This document shows, in pieces, positions 19,251 to 29,511 of a stretch of DNA of 64,000 bases; position 1 is the first letter of the stretch, and every line of letters begins with the position of its first letter. The DNA comes from PVC group bacterium (GTDB lineage: Bacteria > Verrucomicrobiota > Kiritimatiellia > CAIKKV01 > CAITUY01). The translations under genes were made by a program, and so were the position numbers. The notes under the pieces were generated by a model that was given only the letters and a program-made list of their open reading frames with translations, was not told where the DNA came from and searched no databases. The stretch spans positions 7,906-71,905 of the forward strand of contig CAMDCX010000003.1 in NCBI GenBank assembly GCA_945890715.1, given 5' to 3'.

Positions 19251-20213
19251 ATGTCGCATTCACAAATCAACGGAACGGCGTTTCTTTATGACCCCATTTT
19301 ACAAAAACACAAAACGGGCTGCACGCATCCCGAAAAACGGCAGCGCCTCACCGCCATCATGAACGGACTAAAGCAAGCTGGGCTTTGGGAATTGCTCCAG
19401 CATCCCGCCATCCGGCCAGCAACGGCGACAGACCTCACTACGATTCACGACCCACAGTATGTTGATCACATCCGGCAGGCGTGTGAAGCCGGAGAACTCT
19501 TCGCGCCCGATGATGTCACCATCGGATCCCCTGGCACCTACGACGCCGCCCTGATGTCCGCTGGAGCAGTTTTAACCGCGATCGACACCGTAATGGCCGG
19601 TCAAGCCTCCAACGCCTTCTGTGCCGTACGTCCTCCAGGCCATCACGCAGAACGGAACCGAGCCATGGGATTCTGCTTTTTTAATAATGTTGCCATCGGC
19701 GCAAAATACCTTCAGCAGCATCATGGCATCCGCCGCGTCGCCATTATTGATTGGGATGTGCATCACGGTAACGGCACGCAACAGGCCTTTTACGACGACC
19801 CTTCTGTATTTTATTTCAGCATTCATCAGCACCCTCTTTACCCGAACAGCGGGTGGTCTCATGAAACCGGAACCGGCAGGGGAAAAGGCTTCACCTTGAA
19901 CTGCCCAGTCCCTGCAGGCTCCACCAACACAGACTACAATCGGGTATTCCAAGACTATCTCAGACCCGCGCTGGTGCGGTTCAGGCCGGAATTCATACTA
20001 ATCTCGGCGGGTTTTGATGCGCACCATGCCGATCCTCTCGCAGGCATAGCCCTCAACGAAAAGGGCTTTAAGGAACTGACCCACACCGTAATGACGTTAG
20101 CAACGGAATACTCCGAAAACCGCCTCATTTCCGTGCTGGAGGGGGGCTACGATCTCACGGCACTCGCGGCGTGTGTCACGTCTCACATCGAAGCGCTTCT
20201 GGACGCTTCATGA
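19251..20213 (+). CDS. histone deacetylase / acetylpolyamine amidohydrolase family protein
   Basis: HPE, RPPGHHA, MGFCFFNN, DWDVHHGNGTQ, SAGFDAH, LEGGY. Confidence 0.93.
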   Translation: MSHSQINGTAFLYDPILQKHKTGCTHPEKRQRLTAIMNGLKQAGLWELLQHPAIRPATATDLTTIHDPQYVDHIRQACEAGELFAPDDVTIGSPGTYDAALMSAGAVLTAIDTVMAGQASNAFCAVRPPGHHAERNRAMGFCFFNNVAIGAKYLQQHHGIRRVAIIDWDVHHGNGTQQAFYDDPSVFYFSIHQHPLYPNSGWSHETGTGRGKGFTLNCPVPAGSTNTDYNRVFQDYLRPALVRFRPEFILISAGFDAHHADPLAGIALNEKGFKELTHTVMTLATEYSENRLISVLEGGYDLTALAACVTSHIEALLDAS

Positions 20214-20220
20214 AAACCAG

Positions 20221-20742
20221 TTACACCGGCTCGAGAAATTCTATTCCAACCTCAACGGCCAGCGCCCGTCCGATCATCTCCACATTGAGCACCACTTTAG
20301 TCCTGCCCTTGATCGTTTGAACCTGGCCCTCAAGCCCTTGGAAGGGTCCTTTTCGGATTAAAACACGCCTTCCGGCCTGAAAGGCTGCACAAGCATCCAG
20401 AGTCGGATCAATACTTAAGGCTTGCTGAACCTGGGCCAGCTCCCGAATCAGTTGATCCTGATTCTCCACCGGCAGAATTCTAACGACCATGTTACTCTTA
20501 AGAACCGCACCCTTTTCAACTGGAGAGTAATTCACAAACACATAACCCGGGAAGACGGGCTTTTGAACGGTTACCTTCCGTCGCTGATAAATCTTCGTCT
20601 CCTCCCTAAGGGGAAGATCCACCGCTATCGAATGCGCCACGCAGTACTCCGAAAACTTTTTCTCGCACCGTGGTTTGGCATGCACCACGTACCATTTGGA
20701 AAGCTCCCCGAGAGTGTTATGATCCATTTTGTGCTGCATCAT
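20221..20742 (-). CDS. NusG paralog, RfaH/UpxY-like transcription antiterminator
   Basis: WYVVHAKPRCEKK, PVFPGYVFV (NGN domain); KOW domain GRRVLIRKGPFQGLEG. Confidence 0.88.
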   Translation of the reverse strand: MMQHKMDHNTLGELSKWYVVHAKPRCEKKFSEYCVAHSIAVDLPLREETKIYQRRKVTVQKPVFPGYVFVNYSPVEKGAVLKSNMVVRILPVENQDQLIRELAQVQQALSIDPTLDACAAFQAGRRVLIRKGPFQGLEGQVQTIKGRTKVVLNVEMIGRALAVEVGIEFLEPV

Positions 20743-20762
20743 TGAAAAATCCTCAACACGGC

Positions 20763-21272
20763 TTATTCCGTACGCTTTTCAGTTGGGCTGGTCAAGGCGA
20801 TCTCACAACCCAGCATCTGATCCCTGTCGAACAGGAACCGCCCCATGAAGGGCTTTCCCTCAACAGCCAACGGAAGCCAGATCCGATCATCAGCCCACAT
20901 ATTGTAATAGGGGATTTCGGACAAAGGAAACCAAACAGGAACCGCCTCCCTGGTTTCCTGTGGCTGTCCCTCGATCCCGGTGGCAGTAAACACATAACCA
21001 AGAATTGAATGACCGTCGACAAACTGAAACCACAGTTCACCGGCCGGCTGAACGCCCAACGGGGTGACTCTGATTTCCTCTTCCACTTCCCGAATGGCGC
21101 CCTGAAGTGGGGTTTCTCCCTCCTCGACCCGCCCACCCGGCCCATTAAATTTTCCAGCTCCCAGTCCAAGCTTTTTATGAATCAGAAGAATTTGGCCACA
21201 CCAAATAATCATCACCAGGGTCGCCCTCTCACGAGGGCACCAAGTGTCCCAATCAATATCGCTATAGTTCAT
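20763..21272 (-). CDS. Nudix hydrolase, MTH1/8-oxo-dGTPase-like
   Basis: Nudix box GGRVEEGETPLQGAIREVEEEI; KKLGLGAGKFNG; MWADD. Confidence 0.85.
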   Translation of the reverse strand: MNYSDIDWDTWCPRERATLVMIIWCGQILLIHKKLGLGAGKFNGPGGRVEEGETPLQGAIREVEEEIRVTPLGVQPAGELWFQFVDGHSILGYVFTATGIEGQPQETREAVPVWFPLSEIPYYNMWADDRIWLPLAVEGKPFMGRFLFDRDQMLGCEIALTSPTEKRTE

Positions 21273-21282
21273 GCCTAGTGCC

Positions 21283-21313
21283 AAAAAAAGACGCCGATAT
21301 TGCTATCGGCGTC
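21283..21313 (-). terminator. intrinsic terminator after rplQ
   Basis: Minus strand GACGCCGATA-GCAA-TATCGGCGTC (10-bp stem) followed by T7. Confidence 0.9.
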
Positions 21314-21354
21314 AGTAAAGAAACCCTTCTCAACCTAAACGGAAAATCTAAAAA

Positions 21355-21807
21355 TCAAGCGTCCTTAATGGGATCCGCAGATTTCTCCAAATCATCCGCT
21401 TTCGTCTTGCGACGCTTATCCACGGGCGCCAAATTGACCCATTCCAAAAGAACCATTTCAGAACTGTCGCTTCCCCGGCGGCCAAGCTTAACAATTCTCG
21501 TATATCCGCCCAGACGATCCCTATACTGGGGCGCAATAGTCGAAAAAAGCTTGTCCATATGCTTGCGATGACGCAGAACGGCGAGAGCTTGTCGCTTGCC
21601 CTTCATGAGCGCTTCAGGCGTGCCGGCTACAAGAGCTTTCTTCGCAACGGTAACCATTTTCTCCGCCAACATCCTGGCCTGACGAGCCTTGGGAAGGGTG
21701 GTTTTAATCCGTTGCTCTTCAATAAAATTTGCCACCAACGAGCTGAGCAACGCTTTACGCGCCTCTGCCGGCCGGCCTAGTTTAACCATGTTTTTTTTAT
21801 GTCGCAT
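21355..21807 (-). CDS. rplQ: 50S ribosomal protein L17
   Basis: MRHKK..KLGR, IKTTLPKA, GGYTRI; downstream of rpoA. Confidence 0.97.
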   Translation of the reverse strand: MRHKKNMVKLGRPAEARKALLSSLVANFIEEQRIKTTLPKARQARMLAEKMVTVAKKALVAGTPEALMKGKRQALAVLRHRKHMDKLFSTIAPQYRDRLGGYTRIVKLGRRGSDSSEMVLLEWVNLAPVDKRRKTKADDLEKSADPIKDA

Positions 21808-21884
21808 TACTGACTCCCGACAATATCCAGTCGTGATTGAGAATACCCGACCTGAACTCTTCAGTCTTCAATCGTGTTAACGGC

Positions 21885-22907
21885 TCAGGCTTTTTCCTTG
21901 GCGGCTTCTTGCCCCTTCAGAATCTTAATCACATCCTCGTCGAACTTAACCCCCAGACCCAACCCGAGATCCTGAAGTTTCGCCTTAATCTCATTCAGTG
22001 ATTTCTTTCCGAAATTTCGATATTTCAGCATCTCTGCCTCAGACTTCTGGGCAAGCTGACCCACCGTAGTGATGTTGGCGTTATTCAGACAATTGGCAGC
22101 CCTCACACTAAGTTCAATTTCATTGACACTCATGTTCAACGTCTTCAAAAGCTGCTCGCGCGCAATATCCACCTTAGCCTCAACATCTTCAAACTCGACA
22201 ACATTCTTGTCATAGTTCACGAACACATCAAGGTGATGCCGAAGCACCGCTGAAGCAACTGTCACGGCGTCATCAGGAGTTATCCTCCCGTCGGTAGTTA
22301 CCTCGAGAACAAGTTTGTCATAATCCGTGCGTTGCCCAACACGGGTATTTTCAATAAAAAAGTTAACCCGTTTGACCGGCGAGAAGATGGAGTCGATCGG
22401 GATTCGTCCAATATCCTGATTCTCCTTCTTGTTCAGATCAGCGGGACAGAATCCACGCCCAACTCGGATCTCCAAGGTCATATCCAACACCCCATCACTA
22501 GACAGGGTGGCAATATGCTGATTTGGATTCAACACTTCGATGGTGCCATCCGTCTGAATATCGCTGGCCTTGACCTCACGCGCACCCTTCACCTTGAGAT
22601 GAAGCTGCTTGGAGTCACGGTTCTGGGACTTCAATAGCACCTTCTTGAGATTCAGAATAATATCAGTAACATCTTCCACTACACCCGGAAGAGCGCAAAA
22701 TTCATGCGGGGCACCCTCGATACGAACTGAGGAAATCGCCGCCCCTTCCAGAGACGACAATAACACTCTTCGCAACGAATTTCCGATGGTTCGTCCATAA
22801 CCCACTTCAAGGGGTTCGGCAACAAAGCGCGTGAATGTCGGCGTGGCCGAAGCTTCATCTTTCACTAGACGCTTGGGCATTTCGAACTTGCTCAGTCTGA
22901 TTGGCAT
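21885..22907 (-). CDS. rpoA: RNA polymerase alpha subunit
   Basis: GRTIGNSLRRVLLSS, RVGQRTDYDKL, LSVRAANCL, NFGKKSL. Confidence 0.98.
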   Translation of the reverse strand: MPIRLSKFEMPKRLVKDEASATPTFTRFVAEPLEVGYGRTIGNSLRRVLLSSLEGAAISSVRIEGAPHEFCALPGVVEDVTDIILNLKKVLLKSQNRDSKQLHLKVKGAREVKASDIQTDGTIEVLNPNQHIATLSSDGVLDMTLEIRVGRGFCPADLNKKENQDIGRIPIDSIFSPVKRVNFFIENTRVGQRTDYDKLVLEVTTDGRITPDDAVTVASAVLRHHLDVFVNYDKNVVEFEDVEAKVDIAREQLLKTLNMSVNEIELSVRAANCLNNANITTVGQLAQKSEAEMLKYRNFGKKSLNEIKAKLQDLGLGLGVKFDEDVIKILKGQEAAKEKA

Positions 22908-22958
22908 GGTTCAATCCTTTTCCGGGAACAGCCTCACCATCCCCCGGTGCGAATATCT

Positions 22959-23582
22959 TTATTTAGAGTACAATTCAACGATCAACTGCTCATTGACGAA
23001 GGGTGCTATTTCGTCCCTCGTCGGAACCCGTAACACCTCGCCCTTGAGGGCTTCCTTATCCAACGACAACCACGACGAAAGCTCGCCGCTTCGGGCATCC
23101 AGAACCCGCTTCACAGCATCCTGACTTTGCTTCCGCCCCTTGACCTCAATGCGGTCTCCCGCTTTCAAGGTCATAGAGGGCACATCGGAACGCTTTCCGT
23201 TCACGGTGACATGTCCGTGCAAAACCAACTGACGCGCATTGCGACGTGAAGCGGAAAATCCCAACCTGAAAACCAAATTATCCAACCGCATTTCAAGAAG
23301 CTGCAAAAGCATCTCACCCGTCACGCCGCGCTTTCGCAAGGCTCTCTGGAAAAAAAGTTTAAACTGACCTTCTTGAAGACCGTAAAACCGGCGCAACCGC
23401 TGCTTTTCGCGCAACTGAACACCATAGTCCGACTTCTTGGAAGGACGCGCGCCATGCACGCCGGGGGCTGGACGTCCCGTTTCAACGGCACACTTTGACA
23501 TGCGGCAACGATCACCCTTAAGAAATAGCTTCAAGCCTTCGCGTCGGCAAAGTTTGCATGCTGGCCCTGTATATCTACCCAT
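22959..23582 (-). CDS. rpsD: 30S ribosomal protein S4 (Zn-binding type)
   Basis: MGRYTGPACKLCRREG, LEMRLDN, ARQLVLHGH, IVELYSK. Confidence 0.98.
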   Translation of the reverse strand: MGRYTGPACKLCRREGLKLFLKGDRCRMSKCAVETGRPAPGVHGARPSKKSDYGVQLREKQRLRRFYGLQEGQFKLFFQRALRKRGVTGEMLLQLLEMRLDNLVFRLGFSASRRNARQLVLHGHVTVNGKRSDVPSMTLKAGDRIEVKGRKQSQDAVKRVLDARSGELSSWLSLDKEALKGEVLRVPTRDEIAPFVNEQLIVELYSK

Positions 23583-23610
23583 TCGAATTCTCCTGTTCTC
23601 TCAAAACCCT

Positions 23611-24090
23611 TTACACACGGCGGCGCTTACGAGGCCGGCAACCGTTGTGCGGCATCGGCGTCACATCCTTGATCGTGGTGATATTCAGCCCCGCAGACTG
23701 AATGGCACGGATGGCAGATTCACGACCCGCTCCCGGCCCCTGAACCCTCACTTCCACTTCCTGCATTCCGCGCGAAACCGCTTGTCGAGCCGCTTCCTGA
23801 GCCACAACACTGGCGGCAAATGCCGTACTCTTCCGCGAGCCTTTGAATCCAGCTCGTCCCGAGGTACTCCAGGCAACCACGCCACCCTTGCTGTCCGAAA
23901 TTGAAATAATGGTGTTGTTGAATGTCGCCCGAATATGGACGATTCCAAAAGGCACCACACGACCCGCACGAACACGAGGCTGCCGGGTCGTACGAGTTGC
24001 ACCCTCGGCACCCGCTTCAGGAGCCGGAGATCCCGCACCTTCCGGCTTGACGCCAGCTTGTTCTTCACCTTTTTCTTTAACATCTGCCAT
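23611..24090 (-). CDS. rpsK: 30S ribosomal protein S11 (long N-terminal tail)
   Basis: [29 protein letters not shown]. Confidence 0.97.
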   Translation of the reverse strand: MADVKEKGEEQAGVKPEGAGSPAPEAGAEGATRTTRQPRVRAGRVVPFGIVHIRATFNNTIISISDSKGGVVAWSTSGRAGFKGSRKSTAFAASVVAQEAARQAVSRGMQEVEVRVQGPGAGRESAIRAIQSAGLNITTIKDVTPMPHNGCRPRKRRRV

Positions 24091-24123
24091 TGCGAACCCG
24101 ACCTTTTTTAGTACTGATGTTCT

Positions 24124-24519
24124 TTACGTCTTTGCAGCTGCCCGCGCTTCTTTTCCGCGAACTGCACCCACCGTACGCCGTGGTCCCTTGCGGGTTCGCG
24201 CATTGGTGCTCGTGCGCTGGCCGCGTACCGGCAATCCTCGCTTATGGCGAATGCCCCGGTAACTACCGATGCTGATCAGCCGCCTGATATTCTGCGCCAC
24301 TTCCCGTCGAAGATCACCCTCGATCCGGTAGTTGTTCTGAATTACATTTATAATTCGGGCCAATTCTTCATCCGTCAGATCATCAGCTTTTGTAGCCGGA
24401 TCAATCTTGGCCTGATCAATCACTTCACGCGCCGTTGTCGGACCAATTCCATAAAGATAACGCAGGGAATATTCAATGCGCTTCTTACCGGGAATATCTA
24501 CACCTAGTATTCTGGGCAT
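24124..24519 (-). CDS. rpsM: 30S ribosomal protein S13
   Basis: [23 protein letters not shown]. Confidence 0.97.
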   Translation of the reverse strand: MPRILGVDIPGKKRIEYSLRYLYGIGPTTAREVIDQAKIDPATKADDLTDEELARIINVIQNNYRIEGDLRREVAQNIRRLISIGSYRGIRHKRGLPVRGQRTSTNARTRKGPRRTVGAVRGKEARAAAKT

Positions 24520-24531
24520 GCCCAATTCTCC

Positions 24532-24645
24532 TTAACCTTGCCTCTGCTTGTGTCGTGAATTGGTGCAGATTACCCGCACCACACCCCGGCGGCGCACAAC
24601 CTTGCAGCGCTCACAGATTCGTTTTACTGAACTTCTGACCTTCAT
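24532..24645 (-). CDS. rpmJ: 50S ribosomal protein L36 (Zn type)
   Basis: Manual translation [37 protein letters not shown]; below the ORF-track size cutoff. Confidence 0.97.
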   Translation of the reverse strand: MKVRSSVKRICERCKVVRRRGVVRVICTNSRHKQRQG

Positions 24646-24675
24646 CCGATGTCTCCATTCCAAAAAGAGTCGACC

Positions 24676-24704
24676 AAAATATCAATGGCCGCATCCAATG
24701 TCCA
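24676..24704 (-). promoter_or_regulatory. probable internal promoter for the rpmJ-alpha operon
   Basis: TGGACA-N17-TATTTT with a TGn extended -10, in the map-rpmJ gap. Confidence 0.45.
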
Positions 24705-24732
24705 CACCAAAATTCAACCGTTCGGCAGTCTT

Positions 24733-25479
24733 CTATACCACCGTCAAAATCTCCGGCCCCTCATCCCCTATCGCCACCGTGTGCTCAAAATGAGCGGATG
24801 GCTTCCTGTCAACAGTTCGAACTGTCCACCCGTCGGAAAGCACTTCGACCGCACTCTCACCCATGTTAACCATGGGCTCAATAGCCAGTGTCATTCCCGA
24901 TTTTAACTTCGGACCCCTTCCCGGATTCCCGAAATTCGGAATCTGCGGATCCTCATGCATCTTTCGCCCTACCCCGTGCCCAACAAAATCCCGAACCACT
25001 GAAAATCCAGCATTCACTACTACCATTTCAATGGCATGGGAAAGATCACCCAATCGTTTTCCAGAACGAGCCATTTCCACGCCGGCCTTCAGCGCCAGCT
25101 CGGTGGCGCGAACCAACCGGATCACCTCAGGATCCGTTACGCCCACCATCACGGTTGTCGCCGTATCCCCGACAAAACCATCATACACAACCCCGACATC
25201 CAAACTCACGATTTGACCCATCTCAATCCTTCGACCACCCGGAATCCCATGAACCACTTCAGAGTCAATTGAAATGCATACATTTCCAGGATAACCGCGG
25301 TATCCCAAAAATGCACTTTTTGCACCCAACGAGGCAATCAGCCTCTTCGCGACATCATCCAATTCAAGGGTCGTAATCCCAGGCGATATCCGACTCGCGA
25401 TTTCATCACGCACCTTCGCCGCAATCCGCCCGCTTTCCCGCATCTTACGGATTTCATCGCGATTCTTGAGAATGATCAT
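24733..25479 (-). CDS. map: methionine aminopeptidase type I
   Basis: VVHGIP, DTATT, GHGVG..MHEDP, AIEPM, SAHFEHT. Confidence 0.97.
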   Translation of the reverse strand: MIILKNRDEIRKMRESGRIAAKVRDEIASRISPGITTLELDDVAKRLIASLGAKSAFLGYRGYPGNVCISIDSEVVHGIPGGRRIEMGQIVSLDVGVVYDGFVGDTATTVMVGVTDPEVIRLVRATELALKAGVEMARSGKRLGDLSHAIEMVVVNAGFSVVRDFVGHGVGRKMHEDPQIPNFGNPGRGPKLKSGMTLAIEPMVNMGESAVEVLSDGWTVRTVDRKPSAHFEHTVAIGDEGPEILTVV

Positions 25480-26135
25480 GGCCGAACCAACGGCCCCGCC
25501 ACCTGCAGAATATCGGAAACGGTATCCTGCCTCGCCCGGGAAGAATCTACACGAATTAAAACACCCTTTGCCTCATAATACGAGATTAGGGTCTCAGTCT
25601 GTTTCGTATACACATCTAACCGGTTTAAAATCGTCGCCTCGCTATCATCCGCGCGCTGGTAAAGCTCACCACCGCACACATCACAGACTCCATCCCGCTT
25701 TGGCGGAATATTGACAACATGAAACCCCTGCCCACATGAACGACACACGCGCCGCCCTGTTAACCGCGAAATCAGAAGATCACGCCCAGCTTCAAGTAAA
25801 AAAACAAAATTCACCTTGGAGGCGTGCTTTTCCAGAGTCTGATCCAACAGGCGCGCCTGCTCACGCGTACGCGGAAAACCGTCAAACATATAGGCCGCAT
25901 CAGGACTCCCCTTCGCGAGACGCTCTTCCACAATTCCAACAATCACATCATCAGGCACAAGCTCTCCGCGCTTCATATATCCCTCAGCTTGACGCCCGAC
26001 GGTTGTGGCATTCTTAACTGCCTCGCGCAACATATCTCCCGTCGACACATGAAGAAATGGGCTTACCGTACGGATCCCATCCGCGATCGTTCCTTTCCCT
26101 GCACCCGGCCCACCTAAAAGAATAATTGTTTTCAT
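25476..26135 (-). CDS. adk: adenylate kinase (Zn LID)
   Basis: GGPGAGKGT, STGDMLR, DGFPRT, CRSC...CDVC. Confidence 0.97.
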   Translation of the reverse strand: MKTIILLGGPGAGKGTIADGIRTVSPFLHVSTGDMLREAVKNATTVGRQAEGYMKRGELVPDDVIVGIVEERLAKGSPDAAYMFDGFPRTREQARLLDQTLEKHASKVNFVFLLEAGRDLLISRLTGRRVCRSCGQGFHVVNIPPKRDGVCDVCGGELYQRADDSEATILNRLDVYTKQTETLISYYEAKGVLIRVDSSRARQDTVSDILQVAGPLVRP

Positions 26136-26160
26136 GCTGCTAAAAGCCTCAAAACCATGA

Positions 26161-27513
26161 TCAACGCCGTCCGCGAAGTTTGCCCTTGCGAAGGAAGCCG
26201 TCATAATGCCGCATCAATAGATGAGATTCCACTTGTCGCATCGTATCCAGCATGACCCCGACCGTAATCAACAGGCTGGTTCCCCCGAAAAAGGACGCCA
26301 CCAACGAGGGCACATCAAATTGCCGGTTCATTACCGTTGGGATCACAGCAATAATGGTAAGGAATAACGCTCCCGCCAATGTAATCTTCGTCATGGTAGA
26401 ATCCAGGAATTCGGCAGTGGGCCTGCCAGGCCGTACACCGGGCACATACCCGCCATACTTTTTGAGATCATCAGCAATCTGAACTGGATTAAACTGCGTA
26501 GCGACCCAAAAATACGAAAAGAACAAAATCATCACCCCATACAGAATCATGTGAAATAGCGCATCCGGGCCAAGTTGATTTGCAAGGGCATGCGCCCACG
26601 TCCAGGACTCGGGAAATCGTCTCAGGATTATCGCAGGAAACATTAGGAGCGACTGGGCAAAAATAATCGGCATGACACCCGAATAATTGACCCGTAACGG
26701 CATATAGGTACTCTGCCCGCCATACACTTTGCGACCCACGACACGCTTAGCATACTGAACAGGGATTTTTCGTTGCCCTTGGGTCAGCAGAATCGTCCCT
26801 GCCACTACCGCAAAGAGCGCCACCAACAAAATCACGCTAAAGATCGGATTAAACTGGCGAACCCCTTCAACGGCTGTAAACATCTGAATCGCATACGCCA
26901 CTGCGGAAGGCAATCGACTTACAATGCCCTCGGTAATGATGAGCGAAATACCATTTCCGATCCCCCGTTGGGTGATTTGTTCCCCAAGCCACATGATAAA
27001 CATGGATCCAGCTGTCACGGACACCACCGTCATAAACTTGAATCCAATTCCCGGGTTCAGGACAATCTGGTGGTTAAGCCCCATGCTCCCGGGATTTTCA
27101 AGTGTAATGGCAAGGAACCATCCCTGAACAATGCAAAGAAACACGGTGAGGATACGGGAATACTGCGTAATTTTTTGCCGTCCCGAATCACCCTCGCGCG
27201 ACAATCGCCCCAAGGTTGGCACGACTGCTGTTAAAAGCTGAAGGATAATGGAAGAGCTGATGTAAGGCATAATGCCCAACGCACCCACCGCGCAATTGCT
27301 TAGAGCTCCGCCGCTGAACATATCCAGCAATCCCAGCATCCCGCCACCCGAGCTTTTCTCAACATCTGCAATCAGTCGCTGAAGTGCAAGAGGATCCACC
27401 CCGGCAATAGGTACATTGGCTACAATCCGGCAGACAAATATCAAACCCATCGTGAACAAAATTCGCGCACGAAGCTCAGGGATCTTAAAACAATTTGTAA
27501 ACGCAGATAGCAT
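26161..27513 (-). CDS. secY: preprotein translocase SecY
   Basis: LGIMPYISSSII, GIGNGISL, GVMPIIFA, PGVRPG, GGTSLLI. Confidence 0.98.
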   Translation of the reverse strand: MLSAFTNCFKIPELRARILFTMGLIFVCRIVANVPIAGVDPLALQRLIADVEKSSGGGMLGLLDMFSGGALSNCAVGALGIMPYISSSIILQLLTAVVPTLGRLSREGDSGRQKITQYSRILTVFLCIVQGWFLAITLENPGSMGLNHQIVLNPGIGFKFMTVVSVTAGSMFIMWLGEQITQRGIGNGISLIITEGIVSRLPSAVAYAIQMFTAVEGVRQFNPIFSVILLVALFAVVAGTILLTQGQRKIPVQYAKRVVGRKVYGGQSTYMPLRVNYSGVMPIIFAQSLLMFPAIILRRFPESWTWAHALANQLGPDALFHMILYGVMILFFSYFWVATQFNPVQIADDLKKYGGYVPGVRPGRPTAEFLDSTMTKITLAGALFLTIIAVIPTVMNRQFDVPSLVASFFGGTSLLITVGVMLDTMRQVESHLLMRHYDGFLRKGKLRGRR

Positions 27514-27541
27514 TTCGCCGTATCTTCTTCCTCTTACTGAC

Positions 27542-27982
27542 TTAAATAACTTCGCAGGATCCGCCAGCCGCCTCAATCTTGGCCTTTGCGCCGGCGCTGA
27601 ATGCATGAGCCTTTACCGTCAATTTCTTACTGAGGGTTCCAACACCCAAAATCTTGATCCCGTCAAAGACTCCGTTTGCCAACCCCATTCCCTGAAACAA
27701 CTCGGGAGTCACAACCGCACCCGTCTCGAACACGTTGAGGGATGAGATATTCACCGCAAGGAACTCCCTTCGTGAAATATTCTTGAAGCCTCTTTTTGGG
27801 ATACGTCGAATCAGCCGCATCTGGCCGCCTTCAAACCCTGGCTTATGCTTATGCCCCGAACGAGCATATTGCCCCTTGTGTCCACGCCCCGAGGTTTTCC
27901 CGAGTCCTGAACCGGTCCCCCGCCCTAAACGTTTACGCGTTTTCCGCGACCCGATTTTATTTTTCAAAGAATGCAAATTCAT
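27542..27982 (-). CDS. rplO: 50S ribosomal protein L15
   Basis: [25 protein letters not shown]. Confidence 0.97.
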   Translation of the reverse strand: MNLHSLKNKIGSRKTRKRLGRGTGSGLGKTSGRGHKGQYARSGHKHKPGFEGGQMRLIRRIPKRGFKNISRREFLAVNISSLNVFETGAVVTPELFQGMGLANGVFDGIKILGVGTLSKKLTVKAHAFSAGAKAKIEAAGGSCEVI

Positions 27983-28019
27983 TGTGTGTATCCCGCCTCT
28001 GGAGTCAGTTATTCCTTGA

Positions 28020-28517
28020 TTATCCCTGTCGTGCAGCCATGATCTCCTCGCGAGACCGGAGATTTTCAAGCGCATCAATCGTGGCCTTAACCACATTCAC
28101 TTTATTGCCGCTACCCAGGGATTTCCCGAGCACATCATGCACGCCAGAAAGCTCCAGAACCGCGCGCATACCGCCACCGGCAATCACGCCGGTACCTGCC
28201 GACGCGGGCTTTAACATCACATAACCACCGTCACACTGCCCCGTCACCTCGTGAGGAATCGTTCGATCTTTAAGGGTTACCTGGAACATGTTTCTCCGCG
28301 CGATTTCCCCGCCCTTTCGAATGGCGTCCGCCACCTCATTGGCCTTGCCAAATCCGTAACCCACCATCCCATTCCGATTGCCCACGACGACAATCGCGCT
28401 GAAGCTAAAACGTCGCCCGCCCTTCACCACTTTCGCGCAGCGGTTGACAAACACCACGCGCTCCTCGACCTCAGAAGAGGATGTCGAATTTCTATCCGCT
28501 GTTGATCGTTCTTTCAC
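28020..28517 (-). CDS. rpsE: 30S ribosomal protein S5
   Basis: [25 protein letters not shown]. Confidence 0.97.
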   Translation of the reverse strand: MKERSTADRNSTSSSEVEERVVFVNRCAKVVKGGRRFSFSAIVVVGNRNGMVGYGFGKANEVADAIRKGGEIARRNMFQVTLKDRTIPHEVTGQCDGGYVMLKPASAGTGVIAGGGMRAVLELSGVHDVLGKSLGSGNKVNVVKATIDALENLRSREEIMAARQG

Positions 28518-28543
28518 GTTCTTCTCTTTCCTGGCTATCGGGG

Positions 28544-28897
28544 CTAAAATTTAAATCCCGCTTCACGCACGGCATCAGCAATCGCTTTGACTCGGCCGTG
28601 ATACTTGTACCCGCCGCGGTCAAACACAATATCCTTGACGCCAACTTTTTTGGCAATTTCAGCCAACCGCTGACCAATCATTCTGGCACCCTCGGCGTTC
28701 TTCTTCCCCACACCGTCCTTGCCGGATGAGGAAACCGAAGCCAAAGTTGCCGCCTTTTCATCATCTACCAGCTGTGCATAGATATGCTTATTCGACACCA
28801 TGACACACAACCGAGCACGATCCGCTGTCCCGGAAATTTGCTTCCGAACACGGGCGTGCCGGCGCACACGACTTTCTTTTCTATCCACAATTTTCAT
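28544..28897 (-). CDS. rplR: 50S ribosomal protein L18
   Basis: [20 protein letters not shown]. Confidence 0.97.
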   Translation of the reverse strand: MKIVDRKESRVRRHARVRKQISGTADRARLCVMVSNKHIYAQLVDDEKAATLASVSSSGKDGVGKKNAEGARMIGQRLAEIAKKVGVKDIVFDRGGYKYHGRVKAIADAVREAGFKF

Positions 28898-28900
28898 AGG

Positions 28901-29434
28901 TTAAGCCACCGTCTTTCCGGCCTTACGCCGGACATGTTCGCCTTTATAACGGACGCCCTTGCCCTTATAAGGCTCAGGCGGATAGAACGACCGGATTCGG
29001 GCGGCGACATCGCCGACCATCTGCTTATCCGAACCGCTCACCGTAATGACACTTTCCTTAACCGACACCGTGATTCCCTTGGGGGTCTCGAACACCACGG
29101 GGCTCGAATATCCAAGATTCATCGTCAGCTTGCTACCCTGCACGGCGGCACGAAACCCAACGCCTTGCAGTTCAAGTTCAATCACATATCCCTTGTCGAC
29201 TCCCATCACCATATTAGCAATGAGACTTCGAATCAAACCATGCCGACTCCGTCCCGTCGCAGTATCCTCGGTGCAGGTTATGAGTACCGTACCATCCTTG
29301 ACATCCGCCTTAATAGACGGCATGAGTACAACGGATAGCTCTCCTTTGGGTCCCTTGGCCGACACCGTTGTGCCGCTCACCTGAACCGTCACACCGCTCG
29401 GGATGGCCACCGGTTTTTTGCCGATTCTTGACAT
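28901..29434 (-). CDS. rplF: 50S ribosomal protein L6
   Basis: MSRIGKKP, PEPYKGKG. Confidence 0.97.
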   Translation of the reverse strand: MSRIGKKPVAIPSGVTVQVSGTTVSAKGPKGELSVVLMPSIKADVKDGTVLITCTEDTATGRSRHGLIRSLIANMVMGVDKGYVIELELQGVGFRAAVQGSKLTMNLGYSSPVVFETPKGITVSVKESVITVSGSDKQMVGDVAARIRSFYPPEPYKGKGVRYKGEHVRRKAGKTVA

Positions 29435-29511
29435 TCTTTATCCCCTCTTTAAATCTGATTACCCGCGCCCTCCCAGGCAACGGAGCCGATCCATTCGCCG
29501 ACTAAGGCGGT

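Noticed and set aside
19251-20213. HDAC-family gene as part of a polyamine module with speA
   Set aside because: It is 10 kb away on the opposite strand, and substrate specificity cannot be read from the motifs.
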